Assembly: GCA_963745835.1 (NCBI GenBank) | Contig: CAVUZH010000020.1 | Span: 64,001 to 128,000 of the forward strand | Reading direction: 5' to 3' | Length of the DNA: 64,000 bases | Origin: an uncultured delta proteobacterium | GTDB taxonomy: Bacteria; Desulfobacterota; Binatia; UBA9968 | Part shown: in pieces, positions 9,820-18,719 of the stretch | How positions within the stretch are numbered: position 1 is the first letter of the stretch | Layout of the letters: every line of letters begins with the position of its first letter | Program-made: the position numbers and the translations under genes | Notes under the pieces: model-generated | What the model saw: the letters and a program-made list of their open reading frames with translations, nothing else | Told to the model about the DNA's origin: nothing | Database searches by the model: none

Positions 9820-10012
9820 GCACGAAATCGCGATGGAAGACGCATTGATTGAGATCGATAAAATTCTCGAACGAAAAGATTTCAACGATAAGCACGAAGC
9901 CATGATACTCGGGTAAAAGCGAAGAGATTCTACAAAGAAGCCAGCGGAGTGATTAAGAAAGCGTTGTCAGGAGGTCAAATAATTCTGATGTCGCAACGCG
10001 TCACCTGACCCC
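9820..10012 (+). repeat. Amidohydrolase-tail + RAYT-end repeat, copy D
   Basis: HEIAMEDALIEIDKILERKDFNDKHEAMILG; the tail reads SGVIKKALSGGQIILMSQRVT* ending ACCTGACCCC. Confidence 0.85.
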
Positions 10013-10213
10013 ATGTCTGCCTCGTCGACAGCGCAGGGCATTTATTTGCTCGGCTCCGGTGCATGGGGCGTCAAAGATATCCTTGCGGCGGAAAACGATC
10101 TGGGTGTTCCCGTGGTTAATCCGGTTGCCGCCCGGGTTTGGTGCGTGCAAAAGCTTTTGAGAGTCAGGAATTTGTTAAAGGGAGCGAGCCGATTACTGGA
10201 GGAATTACCTTAG
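10013..10213 (+). pseudogene. Arylmalonate decarboxylase/maleate isomerase-like C-terminal fragment
   Basis: AQGIYLLGSGAW...ENDLGVPVVNPVAARVW...RLLEELP; begins immediately after TGACCCC. Confidence 0.6.
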
Positions 10214-10352
10214 AGAGCCTTGCAGTACCCGACCGAGCAGGAAACCGTGATCAGTCCGGTGAACAAACGACATGGCTGGTCAGTCAATAGAGCACAACAG
10301 CCGCATTCAACTCTTAGGGGCCTCACCATAACGGATACTGCTTGTTAGCCGA

Positions 10353-10377
10353 ATGTTGCAGTACAAGACCTGGCCCC
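10353..10377 (+). repeat. Isolated RAYT-type end motif
   Basis: ATGTTGCAGTACAAGACCTGGCCCC, matching the ends of repeats B-D. Confidence 0.6.
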
Positions 10378-10560
10378 GCGTGACCTCTCCTAACCCCCGC
10401 TTTCACTGACACCCGACGCCTCTTTGGAACTGAGCGCCAATTCTATCGCAAAGCGGCGCTGCGCGAGGCGGTCACTGCAAAAAGCGTTTCACACACATGC
10501 TAAGTCATAGTACAAAGTATCCATATTATACTATTATTACTACACTGGGGAGGATAAACG

Positions 10561-11172
10561 ATGCTACGTCTATACGGCGCCGCGAGATCTCGTGCCGTGC
10601 GCACCTTGTGGATGCTCGGTGAGCTAGGACTGAACTACGACCACAAGGATTACCTGCCCCGCGCACCGGAGACGCGGACTCCGGAGTTTCGCGCGTTGAA
10701 TCCCAATGGCCGCGTACCGGTGATAGACGACGACGGCTTCGTGCTGTCGGAATCGATGGCGATCAATTTGTATCTCTCGAAGAAGTACGAGAGCCCGCTG
10801 TATCCGTCGGATCCCAGAAACGAGGCGCTTGCCTGGCAGTGGAGCCTATGGGAGACCGACCGGCTCGACCGTCAGATCGTGAACTACGTCAGGCATACCA
10901 CGGAGTTTCCGGAGGCCGAGCGCAAAAAGGAGATCGCCGAGGCCGCATGGCAGCAAGTGACGGAATCGTTCGATGTGCTGGAGGCTGCGCTCGCGAAAGC
11001 GGAGTGGCTTGCCGGCCCTGCATTTTCAGTCGGCGATCTCAACGTCGCCGCAGCGCTTTACCGTGCGTTGGCGATCGATACCAAGAAATGGCCACGCACG
11101 CAGGCCTGGCTCCACCGCTGCTGGGAGCGCCCGGCAGCGAAGCGGGCGCGCGCCATGCGCGAAGGCAAATAG
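10561..11172 (+). CDS. Glutathione S-transferase family protein
   Basis: SRAVRTLWML, LNPNGRVP, LSESMAINLYL, FSVGDLNV. Confidence 0.93.
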   Translation: MLRLYGAARSRAVRTLWMLGELGLNYDHKDYLPRAPETRTPEFRALNPNGRVPVIDDDGFVLSESMAINLYLSKKYESPLYPSDPRNEALAWQWSLWETDRLDRQIVNYVRHTTEFPEAERKKEIAEAAWQQVTESFDVLEAALAKAEWLAGPAFSVGDLNVAAALYRALAIDTKKWPRTQAWLHRCWERPAAKRARAMREGK

Positions 11173-11332
11173 AACTGGGGTAAGAGGCTTTTATATCAGC
11201 CCGGAGAGGGAGGTGCGGGTCGGACCAAGGCAAGTTCTTGATTTAGCGATGTAAGATAGCATAAAAGGCATCGGCTAAGCGCTTAGAAGGCCATTTTTGT
11301 GGCCGAAAGATAGCGCCTAAAGGGAACTTCCG

Positions 11333-12133
11333 ATGCCCCGAGCAAACCGCCACTTTCTTCCCGGTCATGTCTGGCATATAACCCACCGCTGTCATCAAAA
11401 GCAGTTCCTATTAAAGTTTCCCCGCGATCGTCGTTGTTATGTGTATTGGGTCTTTGAAGCCAAGAAGCGATTTGGTCTTTGCGTACTGAATTACATCGTG
11501 ACTTCTAACCACGTTCATCTTTTAGTGAAAGACACAGGTGGAAACGTTATCGCAGCCGAGCATGCAGTTCATCGCCGGTCGAACCGCGCAGGAGTACAAT
11601 CAGCGAAAGGACGCCACGGTGCATTCTGGGAAGACCATTATCATGCCACAGCCATCCAAGCTGACGAGCACCTGCATCGCTGTCTGGTCTAATCGACCTG
11701 AATATGGTTCGCGCAGGGGTAGTGAGCCATCCATGAAATGGGTGCACAGCGGTTACCGAGAGATTCAGAGACCTCCCAAGCGATACGCGATCATCGACCT
11801 CCGGGAATTAACGGGATTGTGCGGCTTTGCCGATTCGGGAGATTTTCAATTAGCGCATCGCCAGTGGGTGGAACAGACGCTTGAGCGCGGGCGCACAGTG
11901 CGTGAGGACCGCTGGTCGGAGGCCATTGCGGTCGGCAGTTTGGCATTTGTTGAGAGCGTCAAAAGTGAGCTAGCGGCAGAGCGATACATCGCGCAGTTGA
12001 GGAGAAAGACGGAGCCTATGCGTTGCGTGAACGGAGTGAGGCTTACAACGGAGATTTCGGCGGTGAAAGTGAGCCGCTAACGCTAGAAAACACGGTCTTA
12101 TGGAACGAAAACGCTGCAGCGGCAGAGACATAA
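11333..12133 (+). pseudogene. RAYT-like HUH/Y1 transposase with multiple frameshifts
   Basis: MPRANR, WHITHRC, TSNHVHLL, FWEDHYHAT, IDLNMVRAG and WVHSGY are spread over several frames. Confidence 0.85.
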
Positions 12134-12363
12134 TTTTTCTCATCGCTGCGTCGCTAGGTACCCTTACCTACCCTTAATTAAATCCTCGCCACATGGCATG
12201 AGCTGCTTGGTATCTCCGAATCGCACGATTGTTGGGAGAATAGCCTATAGTTATCGTCGTGCGAACGATCCTCGCTGAAGAGTATGACAACCCGCGAAGA
12301 TTGACCCAGGTTGAATAACCTGCTCCACAAGACATGTAGAAGCCGTCGCTTACGCTTTGTCCA

Positions 12364-12661
12364 CTAACGCCGGGTGGCCATGATATAGAAGCCCCAACGA
12401 CGAAAAAATCGACTTTGACATGCAGGCATCCATTTCTGCGCAGCTGAACCCATGAATTGGTGGTATAACTCCGCTCTTATGGTATCAATACGCCAACGCT
12501 GATCGCCCTGGTACAATTGACCCGTCCCTGCGCCCAAACATTTCCCCATCAGAGGATACAAAATTAAACGCGTCTTGTTCTTGGTATCGGTAATTCTGAG
12601 CTAAAAGCTGCTCGCTGTTCAGCATCACCCCTACTAACACCAGCACTCGCAGTAAAATCAT
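12364..12661 (-). pseudogene. Small secreted hypothetical protein, probable frameshift near 12563
   Basis: Signal-peptide-like MILLRVLVLVGVML joins LYPLMGKC...RWGFYIMATRR if one T is removed from a run. Confidence 0.4.
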
Positions 12662-12684
12662 TTGTTGCCTCCACACTTTCTGTC

Positions 12685-13317
12685 TCAGCGCCCGTAAGGT
12701 TTAGGTGGAGCGTTAGGTGGAGGAGTAGGTTGAGGACGGGCGTTCGTGTTTTGATCGCGGTGCGTTCCTTTGTCACCATGCGGGGTGCCGTCATATCTAC
12801 CGCAGTCCTGGCCACGCTGAGGTTGACAGTCGGGCGTTATGAACGCGCCTCCGCTACTAGGTGGTATGCCAGGAACGCCTTTATAACCCGGTAGGTTCGG
12901 ATTCCCGCCTTCGACGCCAGGCAAGCCCGGCATGTTAAAGACCGCTCCCCCCCCCTGCTGCCCCTGCTGCTGATTCGCGGCTTGCATTTCCGCAAGAAGT
13001 TGCTTCCCTTGGGGGTGAGTAGCCATCGGGTGCCACCCTTGTTGGGTCAAAATATATAGGACTCCGCCGCGGTCGGCCACCCAGAAGCCGGTTTTCTGAT
13101 CTTGCATAGCCTGCCAAGGCACGTGGTAGTACCAGCTCCGTCCACTGCCGGTGCTGTAGCAGCCGACAAGCTGGTTTGTGCCTTGTTGATATATGCACTC
13201 GCCTTTCCTGTATTGCTGTGGCGTCCGTTGCTGTGGTTGGGCATCAGCACTCTCAGTCAGCGCGATGGCGAAAACAATCGCGAGACAGGCGACAACTACC
13301 CGGACTAATTTTTTCAT
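12685..13317 (-). CDS. Secreted hypothetical protein with Gln/Gly/Pro-rich C-terminus
   Basis: AAGGAG RBS, clear signal peptide, two Cys pairs, low-complexity tail. Confidence 0.7.
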   Translation of the reverse strand: MKKLVRVVVACLAIVFAIALTESADAQPQQRTPQQYRKGECIYQQGTNQLVGCYSTGSGRSWYYHVPWQAMQDQKTGFWVADRGGVLYILTQQGWHPMATHPQGKQLLAEMQAANQQQGQQGGGAVFNMPGLPGVEGGNPNLPGYKGVPGIPPSSGGAFITPDCQPQRGQDCGRYDGTPHGDKGTHRDQNTNARPQPTPPPNAPPKPYGR

Positions 13318-13380
13318 CTACTTTCTCCTTCAAGGTTAAACGCGGTGCTCAACGCTAGTCACATTCTCGAACAGATATCA

Positions 13381-13452
13381 AGAGACTGCCATCATCGGCC
13401 AGAGACTGCCATCATCGGCGAGAGACTGCCATCATCGGCCAGAGACTGCCAG
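13381..13452. repeat. 20-bp tandem repeat x3.5
   Basis: AGAGACTGCCATCATCGGC(C/G) at 13381, 13401 and 13421, partial at 13441. Confidence 0.95.
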
Positions 13453-13492
13453 CAGTTGCCAGTCTTTCATCCCAATGAGAAAGCGCCCGAGG

Positions 13493-14540
13493 GGGTCAAA
13501 TCTTTACGTTTGTAATCCCGCCGTTTCGGTGTATAGGAAGCACCATGGCTCGGCCATTACGGATCGCCTATGCTCACGCCTTCTATCACGTAGGTTGCCG
13601 TGGTAACGATCGGAGAGAGATCTATAAGGACGATATCGATCGGACTGTCTTTTTGGAAAAGCTTCAGAGCTCGTTAGAAATCTATGGAGTTAAGCTTCAC
13701 GCCTACGTGCTCATGAGCAATCATTTTCATCTCATCATCGAGACGCCCAAGGCGAACCTGTCTGAATTCATGAGGCATTTCAATATTGCATACACCGGCG
13801 CCTATAACCGCCGGCATAAGCGAGTAGGGCATCTCTATCAGGGACGCTATAAAGCTATACTCGTGGACAAAGACAGCTATTTGTCGGAGCTGAGCCGTTA
13901 TGTGCACGTCAATCCTGTGAGGGTGGGCACGCAGAAGAGCAAAAGCCCTGATCAACAGCTTCGGCTATTGGAGAAATATCGCTGGAGTAGTTTGGCGGGA
14001 TACCTAGCATCCCATCAGAAACAAGCATGGGTTATTTACTACGCGGTGCTGGGCCAGTTTGGTGGTTCCAGGAGCAAGTACAGAGAGTTTGTCGCTGAGG
14101 CGATCCAGCAGGGATACGCCACGCCGTGGAAGGATCTCAAAGCGCAGGTTGTACTGGGCAGTGCTGAGTTTTTTACCAAAGTGAAAGCACGAGTCAGTCA
14201 TACCGGGTCGCGCCGTGAACAGCCGGCTATGAGGGCCTTTGAAGCAATCGATGCCGACGATGTGGTGAACCGGGTAAGCCGCTATTTGAAGGTCAAGGCG
14301 CAGGAATTAACAAAGAAACGGACACCTTACCGAGACTCCCGGTCGATTGCCATGGAGTTGATGTATCGTTATAGCAAGATCAGTCAGGAAGAGATCGGCA
14401 AGCGATTCGGTGGTCTCGATTACAGCGCGGTGAGTCGGGAGAGAAAGAGGCTAAGAGAGCGAATGCAAGTAGATCGAAACTTACGTGAGTCGGCGCAAGC
14501 AATCGATGCGATGCTTATCACAAAGGTAAAGATTTGACCC
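13493..14540 (+). mobile_element. RAYT-like element with 24-bp terminal inverted repeats
   Basis: GGGTCAAATCTTTACGTTTGTAAT versus ATCACAAAGGTAAAGATTTGACCC (2 mismatches); the right IR contains the stop codon. Confidence 0.8.
13545..14537 (+). CDS. REP-associated HUH/Y1 transposase with C-terminal DnaA-domain-IV-like HTH
   Basis: MARPLR, YHVGCRGN, LMSNHFHL, GHLYQGRY, RYVHVNP, YRWSS; C-terminal RSIAMEL..SQEEIGKRFGGLDYSAV. Confidence 0.92.
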   Translation: MARPLRIAYAHAFYHVGCRGNDRREIYKDDIDRTVFLEKLQSSLEIYGVKLHAYVLMSNHFHLIIETPKANLSEFMRHFNIAYTGAYNRRHKRVGHLYQGRYKAILVDKDSYLSELSRYVHVNPVRVGTQKSKSPDQQLRLLEKYRWSSLAGYLASHQKQAWVIYYAVLGQFGGSRSKYREFVAEAIQQGYATPWKDLKAQVVLGSAEFFTKVKARVSHTGSRREQPAMRAFEAIDADDVVNRVSRYLKVKAQELTKKRTPYRDSRSIAMELMYRYSKISQEEIGKRFGGLDYSAVSRERKRLRERMQVDRNLRESAQAIDAMLITKVKI

Positions 14541-14573
14541 GGCGACGATGTTCGCATGGAAGATCATTGAAGT

Positions 14574-15366
14574 TCACGAGTGTAGTCTCTTTGCGAGCAC
14601 GGGGATGATTTTCTCGATGACGCGCTTTTGGCCTTTTGGCGTTAGGGCAATGTCACCAGTACCAGTGGATCTAATTTCATTTGTCGCAAGAAGGCGCGAT
14701 AGGCCAGTTGCAAGACTGTTGGGAGTGTTATTCTTGGCGTGTTTTGAGCAATTCATCTTTGGGCAGCCGATGGCCCTCCGCATGGTTGAGAAGTAATAGC
14801 ATTTCCTCCGGCGCGCTTATCTTCTGATCGAGCACCAACGGAACGCCATCCATTTCGTGAATCAGCGAGTATTCGAGTTGAACGATCTGGGCGATTGTGT
14901 CGGCTATTATTGCTTTGTCTTTATTCCATGCGAGTCGCAGGAATTCTGCAAAAATCCATTTTGCGGCGTGCACCATGAACATCGAGTCCATGTAGTCGGC
15001 AGTATAGAACGTAGAGATGTGTACCGAGCCGCGATCCGAGCGGAATTTATATAAGAGTCTAATTGCGCGGCAGATGTGATAACGATCCTGTAGGTTTAGA
15101 GCATGCTGTTTCTGCGGGTTGGCATCCTCCATTTTGCCGCACAATTCGGCAGGTAGTTGGCTGTGCGTTACGATGCCGGTATCGAGTTGATAGCAGCCGC
15201 GAGCGATGGCCTCGCAGAGCCGTCCACTGTCTAGCTCGGTAGGTTGCCAGTCGCCAGCCAGGAACCGCTGCTGCATTTGGACGTAACTATCAACAGCGGC
15301 CTTCGCCATATCGGGATCAACAACCTTCCCCAGTTCAGCTGTTAATTGTGCAGAACTCAGCGGCAT
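14574..15366 (-). CDS. Putative HEPN-like domain + winged-helix protein (frameshift near 14743)
   Basis: Helical N-domain with GRLCE and RSDRGSVH; the wHTH-like tail ..LSRLLATNEI..IALTPKGQKRV is in the adjacent frame. Confidence 0.55.
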
Positions 15367-15368
15367 TA

Positions 15369-16229
15369 TTACTTAGTCCCCGTTTTTCGCTTTCGGGTGG
15401 TCTTCTTATCGGGATTCCATTGATCAGGTATCTCTGAATTTAATGCATCATTCAGGTATTTGATAGCCGCCTCGCGCCCTGGCTGCGTAAGTTTCAGGTT
15501 GTCGTCTTCGTCTTGGTTGAAGCCTTTCTTCCTCGCCAACCATCTTCTTGCATTGCCGGAGTTATCCAGAATCTTTGCGGCGTCGAGCATTTTGATCAGA
15601 TCCGCTTTCGGCGTGTTTGTTCTGCCGTGGCATTCATGTGCGTAAAGAAACAAATAAGTAAGCCGCCGTAGGAAGTCCGCGCCGGTCTCTGCCTTTAGTC
15701 GATTGTCCTTCAACTCTAGGGCTGTTCCATTGGCATGAAATAAACGCATGATTCTGGTCTTGTCGACAACGTCAGTATGAACGGCGGCCGCGTCTCCCGT
15801 CTGCGGCGTTTCCGACGCTGGATCAGGTGGTGGAGGTATTGGGAGCGATCCTTGTGCGTCCACTAGGGAATTGGTTGATATAGATCGGGCCAATGACGGC
15901 GGTCGGGTGGCGCCACGCTGGAGGAACACGTCCCCAAGTACGCCGCCTAGACCCTGTATGGCGTTGTCGGTCAGTGATGCTTCGAAACTGCGGCTGTTGC
16001 GATCCTCACGATAGGTGAGAGTATTTCGTTGAAGTGTTGGAGCCAGCGAAGGAGAAGTGGGACCCGGATCGGCATTGGGCCGTTCGCCGACCTTTGCGCC
16101 GCATTCCACGCATGCAAGGGCCTCAGATTCGAGAATCTCATGGCAGTTGAGGCATCGAGCTTGCGTTCCGCAAAATTTACAAAAAGAGCCTCGTTCCGAC
16201 AGCGCCTGAGCGCAGGTTGGACAATTCAT
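15369..16229 (-). CDS. Double zinc-ribbon protein with C-terminal winged-helix-like region
   Basis: Four CxxC motifs at the N-terminus; LKLTQPGREAA near the C-terminus; 2 bp from the next gene. Confidence 0.7.
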   Translation of the reverse strand: MNCPTCAQALSERGSFCKFCGTQARCLNCHEILESEALACVECGAKVGERPNADPGPTSPSLAPTLQRNTLTYREDRNSRSFEASLTDNAIQGLGGVLGDVFLQRGATRPPSLARSISTNSLVDAQGSLPIPPPPDPASETPQTGDAAAVHTDVVDKTRIMRLFHANGTALELKDNRLKAETGADFLRRLTYLFLYAHECHGRTNTPKADLIKMLDAAKILDNSGNARRWLARKKGFNQDEDDNLKLTQPGREAAIKYLNDALNSEIPDQWNPDKKTTRKRKTGTK

Positions 16230-16703
16230 GCTGGTTCTCCTGAGACTGTCTCTGGAAACTGAATGGGACGCTCGAGGCCACCACACTGACATCAAGTATT
16301 GCTTGCGCGTGCGGCGCGGCTTCTGGTTCTATTACTATTACGGGGGGCCACCCTCCCGTTCCCCATGTCGAGTTATATAATCACAGGCGTTCGAAACCAC
16401 CGGCCGCGTACTTGATAATCTCCGGTTTTATTCGTTTTTCAGTGCCGTAATCTAGCTTGAAGCATAGTCGGCGAGTTGACGAAGAGCAGCAACGGGCACA
16501 AGCGCAGAAGCAACATCCGGAATTCGTTAGGGACCGTAGCGGCGAGTCGGCCATCGGGAGAGCTAAAAGGGCAAATTTAATCGATAGCGATGCATTTGAG
16601 CGTTCACTACTTTTGACATCGCCGCAAGGGGAAATTCACGGCTCGAAGTTGTCGTTTCCTTCATCCGCATAGGCAGTCAGAGAACAAAACTTGTTCTTTT
16701 GCT

Positions 16704-16823
16704 TCACCGCGACGGCAACGGATCGGCGCCGGTGAGCTTTTTAACAGCTCGATCACCTCGGCGTCGCGCGGCATTTCCCTGATCACTTTCTCCATCTCTT
16801 CCGGCATGATCGGGCGGAGTTCT
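16704..16823 (-). pseudogene. TctC/Bug binding-protein C-terminal tail, copy 1
   Basis: PIMPEEMEKVIREMPRDAEVIEL/KKLTGADPLPSR*; similar to 17972-18101. Confidence 0.6.
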
Positions 16824-16856
16824 AGTCCTAAATGTCGAGGCAGGAGACCTGACGGT

Positions 16857-17806
16857 CTAATCGATACAGCCTAGAATCCAACCCTCTTCGCTGCGGATGA
16901 TATTATCGTCCCTGATCCGCTGATGATGCCCGGCGGGATGGCGAACTCGTGGATAAGCGAGTCCTTTGCGTCGAGGTCGCGCGCCCAGTGCCACATGGCG
17001 CACACTTGGCCGCGGTCTTTGATGGTGTCGGTGAGCGGCGCGCGGACGCTGGGATAGATCTCGGCATGCATAATTCGCATGGCCGGGTCGAGCCATGTTC
17101 CATCTTTGGGCGCCCATCCGGTCTCGAAAGGCCAGACGGCGGAGCATTCGGCAAACGATGCATCGAAGCGGATAGCGTTGAGACGCGGGATGCCGGTGAG
17201 TATCTGGCTGCCGACGCTGCCATTACCGAAGAGACGGAACGGAGTATTACTCTTGGCCTTCGTATCCGTGATACGAAGCGGAGCAACCGGTCCGCAAGCA
17301 CAGGAAAAAGGCTGCGAGGGCTGTTCCTGTGGAATGCAAGTGTAGACATCCGCTTTGAACTGACACCAGAATGGACCCGCGGAAGCGGGACCCGATACTA
17401 TGGAGTTGATGGCGCTTGCGACCTCGAAGCGATTGCTGCGATTGGTCGGTCGGTGGCCCGGTTTCGTCCCGAGGTCATCCTGCAAGTGCCGGCTCAAATA
17501 CTGCCAGACGGTGCGCCATGGCGGCAGCGGACCGCAATCCACGCCCGGCAGCAGCGACGCGAAGCCGGCCGGATAGCCATACCCGAAGTCGGCGCAGAGC
17601 AGCACGCGGCCTTTGTACGCCGAGACAATCGACTGAAGCTGCGCGCGGATGATCTGGTCCGCTTCCGTCCTTGACGGTGGGCTTTCGGTAACCGGTTTGC
17701 CGGCTGTGACCGGACCATGCGCAATCCAAATGCAATCGACTGTTCCCGCGCGACGCCGATTGGTCGCAGACCAATCGACCATCACATATTCGTCGAAAAG
17801 CGGCAT
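16857..17806 (-). CDS. RNase H-fold DUF429-like protein (frameshift near 16910)
   Basis: VMVDWSA, CADFGYGYP, GSVGSQ..GIP, VWPFETG, AEIYPS; terminal EEGWILG in the alternative frame. Confidence 0.65.
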
Positions 17807-17971
17807 TTTGTTTCACCCGGCGAGTGCCACGAAGGTTAGGTCGTTACCTTTGCAACCGCCATCAACTTGTCGAGTTGCATCGGGCCGGACCAAAACCTCG
17901 ATGAAGCTACCGAGAGAAAATCGCAAGAATCTTACTCATGCTGTTACGCGCAGCCATACTGGCCCTTGCCG

Positions 17972-18101
17972 TTATCGCGCGGGAAGCGGGCCGTCGCCGG
18001 AAATTTTCTTAGCAGATCGATCACCTCGTGTCACGCGGCATTTCCCTGAACGCTTTCCCCATCTCTTCGGGCACGAGCGGATCGGGATCTCCCCGGTGAG
18101 T
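17972..18101 (-). pseudogene. TctC/Bug binding-protein C-terminal tail, copy 2
   Basis: LTG/DPDPLVPEEMGKAFREMPRD/EVIDL/KKISGDGPLPAR* with several indels. Confidence 0.6.
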
Positions 18102-18312
18102 CATCTGCCATGGACCACGCTCACTGCGGCGAGTTTTTGAATCAGCTTTTTTCTGAGTGCTTCTCTGCCGCCATCAGGCTCAGGTCTGTGGCGGGGCAGA
18201 TTTCTCTCGCGTTGATGAAACCAACTTTCTTGAAGGTCGACAAATGCTCTTCGACCGTCATGAAATGGGCGGCTCGATGACCGGAAGGCGACGAAGATTG
18301 ACGTCCAGCCAG

Positions 18313-18600
18313 TTCCAGGGTCAGGTCTATCATCGCTGCACAAACACATGCGCCGGTTAACCATGCTCGCTTCCGAATCCCAATCTCAAACTCGATGATG
18401 CCGCGACCGCTGGTAATGCTGGCGCAGCAGATCTCTGCCGTAATCGTTGCCGTTGGGCGTCCGCACGATGACGTGAATATGATCTTTGTAATGCTCTTTG
18501 TATTGGGGAAAGGCCTGGCCGGCTTGATGATCGAACTCGACCAACAACACCGGGCTATGGATGCGGTAATAGAAAACGCTGTCTTCTTCCACGCCGCCGA
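18313..18600 (-). repeat. 288-bp direct repeat, copy 2 (DUF3500 3' end + end motif)
   Basis: Matches 20878-21165 with 2 mismatches seen; on the minus strand it ends AGACCTGACCCTGGAA. Confidence 0.95.
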
Positions 18601-18719
18601 CCTTGCTTATGGTTCGAAGCGGTCTGTCGGCCGCCGCGTCAGGCGAAAAATTTAATGTCCTGGACTTTACCGTGCTGTCTGAGAGAAAGTGCGAAAGTAA
18701 AGCCGAGGAGGGTAGATCG

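Noticed and set aside
2519-10012. CRISPR array interpretation of the dispersed repeats (also the 13381 tandem repeat)
   Set aside because: The units are 120-240 bp with kilobase gaps, or have no spacers at all; no cas genes.
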